In this document: one piece after another, positions 9,011-13,242 of the stretch
Numbering within the stretch: position 1 is the stretch's first letter
How the letters are laid out: each line of letters begins with the position of its first letter
NCBI GenBank assembly: GCA_037381445.1
Contig: JARRQT010000088.1
Span: 1 to 13,242 of the forward strand
DNA: 13,242 nucleotides
Direction of reading: 5' to 3'
From: Calditrichia bacterium
Lineage (GTDB): Bacteria > Calditrichota > Calditrichia > RBG-13-44-9
The notes under the pieces: model-generated
Databases searched by the model: none
The model's input: the letters and a program-made list of their open reading frames with translations, nothing else
What the model was told of the DNA's origin: nothing
Program-made: the position numbers and the translations under genes

Positions 9011-9041
9011 AAACAAAAAAAGTGGGTTGACAAACCCACTT
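9011..9041 (-). terminator. rimP-leader type terminator/attenuator hairpin
   Basis: Perfect 9-bp stem AAGUGGGUU-(UGUC)-AACCCACUU followed by UUUUUGUUU, between the predicted promoter and rimP. A GUGGG..CCCAC hairpin upstream of rimP is a known conserved leader element. Confidence 0.8.
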
Positions 9042-9052
9042 AACCAGCCGCA

Positions 9053-9081
9053 AATATACAAAACCCCGGTTGCATATGCAA
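9053..9081 (-). promoter_or_regulatory. Sigma70-type promoter of the rimP-nusA-infB operon
   Basis: TTGCAT (9081-9076), 17-nt spacer, TATATT (9058-9053), immediately upstream of the leader hairpin. Confidence 0.65.
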
Positions 9082-9155
9082 GCGCTTTAAAGGATTTCGC
9101 TTGATTCCCGATAATTATGAAAAATTTTTTAATCTAAAAAAGAAATAAAAATAAT

Positions 9156-9184
9156 TTGTAATCCCAATCAATCCAATTTATCAT
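9156..9184 (+). promoter_or_regulatory. Candidate sigma70-type promoter for the PHP-UbiA-GGR unit
   Basis: TTGTAA (9156-9161), 17-nt spacer, TATCAT (9179-9184), preceded by an A-rich UP-like tract (9136-9154). Confidence 0.45.
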
Positions 9185-9225
9185 ACGGCGCTGTTAATTT
9201 GATCGCCAATTATATTTGCTTGTTT

Positions 9226-10302
9226 ATGCCCGAATCAAAAAAATATTCAGAAGCCACAGGTTGTATCCATATCCATTCGATATATTCCGACGGCACCGGC
9301 ACCATCCCAGGAATTGCCACAACGGCGGAAGAGGCCGGGCTGGATTTTATCATGATGACGGACCATAATAACCTTCGGGCCCTGAAAAACGGGGAAGAGG
9401 GCTGGTACGGTCGGGTGATGGCAATTATCGGATATGAAATTAATGATATCGATGACAGCAATCATTATCTGGCGTTCGGGCTGGAAGAGGAGGTTAATAA
9501 AAACTTGCCTGCGCCGGAATATGTGAGGCGTGTAAAGAAAAACGGCGGCTTTGGAATCATTGCTCATCCGGATGAAAAACGCCATGCGCTTCCGGAACAC
9601 CCCTCCTATCCGTGGACGGCATGGGATAGCCAGGACTACCAGGGAATTGAAATTTGGAACCAGATGTCCGAATGGATGGAGGGACTGACACCATGGAACA
9701 AGCTGTGGCGTTTTCTGAATCCGCGTAAATCCATCATTGCACCCGTTTCGCAGACGCTGAACCGCTGGGACGAAGTGAATAAAAAGCGGAAAGTAATGGG
9801 AATCGGCGGCGTGGATGCCCACGCTCACAGATATAAAATGCTGGGTGGACTTATTCAGGTGACCGTTTTTCGTTATAAAGTACAGTTCAAAACCGTGCGA
9901 ACCCATCTGTTGCTTTCCGAACCGCTGGAGCCGGGAATGGCTCCCGAAAAGGCCAAAAAACTGGTGTTTGATGCACTTTTAAACTGCAGGATTTTCGTGT
10001 CCAATTATTTCAATGGCGATGCCAGGGGATTCCGGTTCGAAGCAGAAAATGGCAATGGTTCCGTCGGAGTGGGCAACTCACTGGAATTGGGGCCTGAAAC
10101 CCGAATCCTGGTCGCCTTGCCCCTGCCTGGCCTGATTCGGCTCATCCTTAACGGCCGAACTGTACAGGAGAAGTACGGGGAAAGCGAAACATTCTCCGTC
10201 CAAAAGCCCGGTTTGTACCGGGTGGAAGTGTACCGGAAAAACCGCGCATGGATATTTTCCAACCATATCAGGATTGAAGGTGAACCGGAAAAACTGGATT
10301 AA
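9226..10302 (+). CDS. PHP-domain metal-dependent phosphoesterase/hydrolase (CehA/McbA-like) with a C-terminal beta-rich domain
   Basis: PHP metal ligands: GCIHIHSIYSDG, LDFIMMTDHN, GYE, NHY, IIAHP, GIEIWN, GGVDAHAH; C-terminal YRVEVY...WIFSNHI. ATG at 9226 preferred over the TTG at 9199. Confidence 0.85.
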   Translation: MPESKKYSEATGCIHIHSIYSDGTGTIPGIATTAEEAGLDFIMMTDHNNLRALKNGEEGWYGRVMAIIGYEINDIDDSNHYLAFGLEEEVNKNLPAPEYVRRVKKNGGFGIIAHPDEKRHALPEHPSYPWTAWDSQDYQGIEIWNQMSEWMEGLTPWNKLWRFLNPRKSIIAPVSQTLNRWDEVNKKRKVMGIGGVDAHAHRYKMLGGLIQVTVFRYKVQFKTVRTHLLLSEPLEPGMAPEKAKKLVFDALLNCRIFVSNYFNGDARGFRFEAENGNGSVGVGNSLELGPETRILVALPLPGLIRLILNGRTVQEKYGESETFSVQKPGLYRVEVYRKNRAWIFSNHIRIEGEPEKLD

Positions 10303-11245
10303 ATACCTGGATTATTTTTACCTCTCCCGTCCAATGCTTTTTTTCCCGGGATGGAGCACCCTGCTGGCCGGGTATCTTGTCTCTGCAGGAGGAATTTACG
10401 GATGGTCTGAAGCGGGCTGGAACGGATTTTTCATCAACCTCTGGCGGGATCAAATTGCCCTGGGTATGATTGCCTTTATGGCGGCCATGGGCGCCAGTTT
10501 CATTATGAATCAGTTGCACGATGTGGAATCGGACCGGGAGAACAATAAACTGTTCCTGCTGGGAGAGAATTATGTCACTAAACCGGCGGCGATGGTGGAG
10601 AGTATCCTGTTGATTATTTTCTCTCTGGGCCTGAGCTCACTGATCAACAGCAGAATCGTTTTTTTGAATTTTCTGTTTATCCTGGTAACTGGATATCTAT
10701 ATAACTTTCCACCTTTCCAGTATAAAAACCGTCCCTTGTTGGGACTTTATTTAAACATTTTTATGGGCTGGATTGCCTTTGCCCTGGGCTGGTCGCTGCT
10801 TCGGCAGCTGGACTGGTCGTTCTTCATAAGTTCGCTCCCCTATGTGTTCTTGAATACCGGCCTCTATCTGCTGACAACTATGCCCGATGCCGATGGAGAC
10901 AGGGCGTCTGATAAGAGCACTTTTTGTGTCCGTTACGGTTTGAAAACCACCATTCGTTCAAGTATGGTGTTTTATTTCCTTTCCATTTTAACAGGAATGT
11001 TCCTGGGAGATTATCTCATCCTGAGCATCGACCTGCTTGTGGTCTACTGGGCCATCAGGTTGATACTCGGCCCATCGGTGGCCAATGCCATAAAAATGAT
11101 AAAAATGTCCATTTTCTTTTTTTCGGCATTGATAAGCCTTAAATTCCCGCTTTATTTTTTGCTGATGCTTATTGTTTTTTTCGTGACGAAATACTATTAT
11201 CGGGTTCGGTTTCAGTTCGATTACCCTAATTTCCGGGGGGAATAA
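10280..11245 (+). CDS. UbiA-superfamily intramembrane prenyltransferase
   Basis: LSRP at the N-terminus, first acidic motif NQLHDVESD (NxxxDxxxD), YNFPPFQYK, second motif PDADGD (DxxGD), about 8-9 hydrophobic helices. GTG at 10280 has AGGA 6 nt upstream (TTG at 10274 is an alternative); overlaps the PHP stop. Confidence 0.9.
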   Translation: MNRKNWIKYLDYFYLSRPMLFFPGWSTLLAGYLVSAGGIYGWSEAGWNGFFINLWRDQIALGMIAFMAAMGASFIMNQLHDVESDRENNKLFLLGENYVTKPAAMVESILLIIFSLGLSSLINSRIVFLNFLFILVTGYLYNFPPFQYKNRPLLGLYLNIFMGWIAFALGWSLLRQLDWSFFISSLPYVFLNTGLYLLTTMPDADGDRASDKSTFCVRYGLKTTIRSSMVFYFLSILTGMFLGDYLILSIDLLVVYWAIRLILGPSVANAIKMIKMSIFFFSALISLKFPLYFLLMLIVFFVTKYYYRVRFQFDYPNFRGE

Positions 11246-11248
11246 AAG

Positions 11249-12451
11249 ATGTATTTAAGAAATCAGATAGATTCAAGTTATGATATTGTCGTAGTTGGTG
11301 CGGGCCCAGCCGGTTCCATGGCAGCTTGGCAGGCGGCGCGAATGGGGGCAAAAGTCCTGCTGCTGGAAAAAGACCGTGAGGTGGGAACGCCGGTCCGCTG
11401 TGCCGAAGCAGTTGGCAAGTCTGGCCTGGAAGCGCTGATAGAACATCCCGCACCTGCTCACTGGATTGCTTCCGAAATCCGTAAATTCCGCCTGTTTGCA
11501 CCGGACGGTACGCCAGTATATGTTAATATCAATGAAATCGGATATGTTCTCCACCGCCGTCTATTCGATTACGATCTCTCGCTAAAAGCGACCCGTTCCG
11601 GTACCACATTGCTTACCCATGCCCAGGTTTTTGATGTTATTAAATCCGATGGCTATGTGACCGGGGTAAAAATCAGTCTGGATGGGGAAAATCTCGAGGT
11701 CCACGGGCGTGTTGTCATTGCCGCCGACGGGGTGGAATCCAGGGTGGCGCGCTGGGCCGGCATCGATTCCGGCACGCCGTTGAGGGAAATGGAAACTTGC
11801 GCCCAATACACGCTGGCGAATATCGGTATTGAACCGGATACCTGCGATTTTTATTTTTCCCGGGATTTTGCTCCCGGGGGGTATGCCTGGGCTTTTCCCA
11901 AGGGAGAAGGGACTGCCAATGTGGGACTGGGTATCTCGGGAAATTATGCCAGAAAGAAATCACCGGAGGAATTCCTGGAAATTTATCTGGAAAGATTCTT
12001 CCCAACCGGTTCAGCTGTTTCCAGAACTGTGGGCGGGGTGCCGGTGGATAAAACGCTGCGGGATATCGTTGCCGATGGTTTTATGATTGTTGGGGATGCC
12101 GCGCATCAGACCAATCCCATTTCCGGCGGCGGTATCATTTCCGGAATGACGGCGGGAAAGATCGCCGGAGAAGTTGCCGCCAAGGCCATTCAAAATGGCA
12201 CTGTGAACCGGAAGGCTCTGCTTCCATATGCCCGTCAATGGCATAAGAATGTGGGAAAGAGCCATCAGCGGTATTACCGTCTGAAGGAGGCACTGATGAA
12301 ATTTGAGGATTCGCAGTTTAACTATATCGCGGCGGAATACCTGAAACTGGACGAAAACAAACGTACCCTTATGAACCTGTTCAAAATTGCCTTCAAGAGC
12401 AATCCCGCCTTTTTGATTGATGTCATTAGGCTGTTTTCATCTTTTTCTTAG
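11249..12451 (+). CDS. Geranylgeranyl reductase family FAD oxidoreductase, resembling archaeal digeranylgeranylglycerophospholipid reductase
   Basis: YDIVVVGAGPAGS (FAD binding), EKDREVGTPVRCAEAV, IAADGVESRVARWAG, APGGYAWAFPK (PxxYxWxFP signature), ANVGLG, VGDAAHQTNPISGGGI; starts 3 nt after the UbiA stop. Confidence 0.9.
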   Translation: MYLRNQIDSSYDIVVVGAGPAGSMAAWQAARMGAKVLLLEKDREVGTPVRCAEAVGKSGLEALIEHPAPAHWIASEIRKFRLFAPDGTPVYVNINEIGYVLHRRLFDYDLSLKATRSGTTLLTHAQVFDVIKSDGYVTGVKISLDGENLEVHGRVVIAADGVESRVARWAGIDSGTPLREMETCAQYTLANIGIEPDTCDFYFSRDFAPGGYAWAFPKGEGTANVGLGISGNYARKKSPEEFLEIYLERFFPTGSAVSRTVGGVPVDKTLRDIVADGFMIVGDAAHQTNPISGGGIISGMTAGKIAGEVAAKAIQNGTVNRKALLPYARQWHKNVGKSHQRYYRLKEALMKFEDSQFNYIAAEYLKLDENKRTLMNLFKIAFKSNPAFLIDVIRLFSSFS

Positions 12452-12779
12452 CGAATCTGGGTATTGCATTAAACCGCTTTCTCTCGCATTCCTCCTATGT
12501 CATAATTGGTGATTCATTACAGTTGAATCCCCAGTTCCGGGTCTTTTCTCCGTTTTTGATGTTACCTGAATGATCTTTTCCATGAATAGATCCGCTCAGA
12601 TTAATCTGCCATAACGATATTTTTCTCCACTTTTTCTAAAATTTTAAATACTTAGGCCGATAATAGGAGTGATCGGATATTAGAAAAGAGCGAATTGATT
12701 GAGGAATTGGAACGAATATTTTGTAAATTTCACTGTTCTTTTACCGGGTTGTTCAAGAAAATAATAAGCGAAGAATGAC

Positions 12780-13242
12780 ATGTTTATTGACCTCCCGCAA
12801 TTTATCGGGTTTGTGGCATTAATTCTCTGGATAGATTTTTTCCTGCTTTCGGTGTCCAGAAAATTGAAATTCCCCGATTATCTGGCCCACATTCTTACCG
12901 GATTCGTATTTGCCGCAATTGTGGGAAACCTGCATTCCTATTTTTCCGTTCCACTGGTGACAGAGTTTGCGCAGATTTCCGGTCTGTTCAAGGGACTCGT
13001 TTTGCGCTCGCCGTATTTTTCCTGAATGTTGAATTAATCTTCTGGACATTCCTTATTGTACCCTTTGCCTCTCTGGCCACGGATGTGGGCGGCATTGTCA
13101 CCGGCGATCATTTCAGCAGGGAAGAAATGCGAATGAAATTTCTGGATTATATCCAGTTTTCAGTGGGACAGGAGGTGCTGGCGGTGATACTGTTTATTAT
13201 TTCGGCAGTTGTCATGGATGTTCGCGTAGGGCAGTTCTGGAC
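12780..13242 (+). pseudogene. Frameshifted multi-pass membrane protein, possibly a divergent cation:proton antiporter (CPA2/KefB-like); runs off the window
   Basis: The first frame (12780-13025) gives LSVSRKLKFPDYLAHILTGFVF, like the CPA2 N-terminus. From about 13000 the -1 frame is open to the end: FALAVFFLNVELIFWTFLIVPFASLATDVGGIV...SVGQEVLAVILFIISAVV. Confidence 0.5.

Noticed and set aside
9210..12265. Minus-strand and alternate-frame ORFs over the PHP, UbiA and GGR genes
   Set aside because: Fully overlap well-supported genes; no family motifs.
10280..12451. Assigning gene symbols such as ubiA, menA, menJ, chlG/chlP or DGGGPS
   Set aside because: Only family-level motifs are visible; substrate specificity cannot be determined without phylogeny or assay.
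12452..12779. ncRNA, small ORF or terminator in the 328-nt spacer (palindrome CAGATTAATCTG 12597-12608; small GATTCA/TGAATC stem; 27-codon minus-strand ORF)
   Set aside because: Short AT-rich palindromes are expected by chance; no strong GC stem with U-tract, no recognisable RNA family and no well-placed RBS.

Overview
Bacterial DNA of about 45% GC, FCB-superphylum-like in appearance (possibly Calditrichota; this is inference). The core is a conserved minus-strand translation operon: rimP-nusA-L7Ae(ylxQ-like)-infB-DUF503-rbfA-truB-ribF, preceded by a sigma70-type promoter and a rimP-leader terminator hairpin. ribF breaks off right after the kinase EAHIYD motif at about 1422. It is joined in frame to a block of about 65-68% GC (1-1421) encoding a GT-C/YfhO-like multi-pass membrane protein, itself split by a frameshift or deletion at about 1096. 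This looks like a chimeric junction, either an assembly artefact or a real insertion. Transcribed divergently on the plus strand is a tightly coupled three-gene unit: PHP-family metallophosphoesterase, UbiA-family prenyltransferase, and an archaeal-DGGR-like geranylgeranyl reductase. This unit is the best candidate for an uncharacterised system (isoprenoid lipid or quinone synthesis/saturation in a bacterium). The window ends in a frameshifted, CPA2-like membrane transporter gene.
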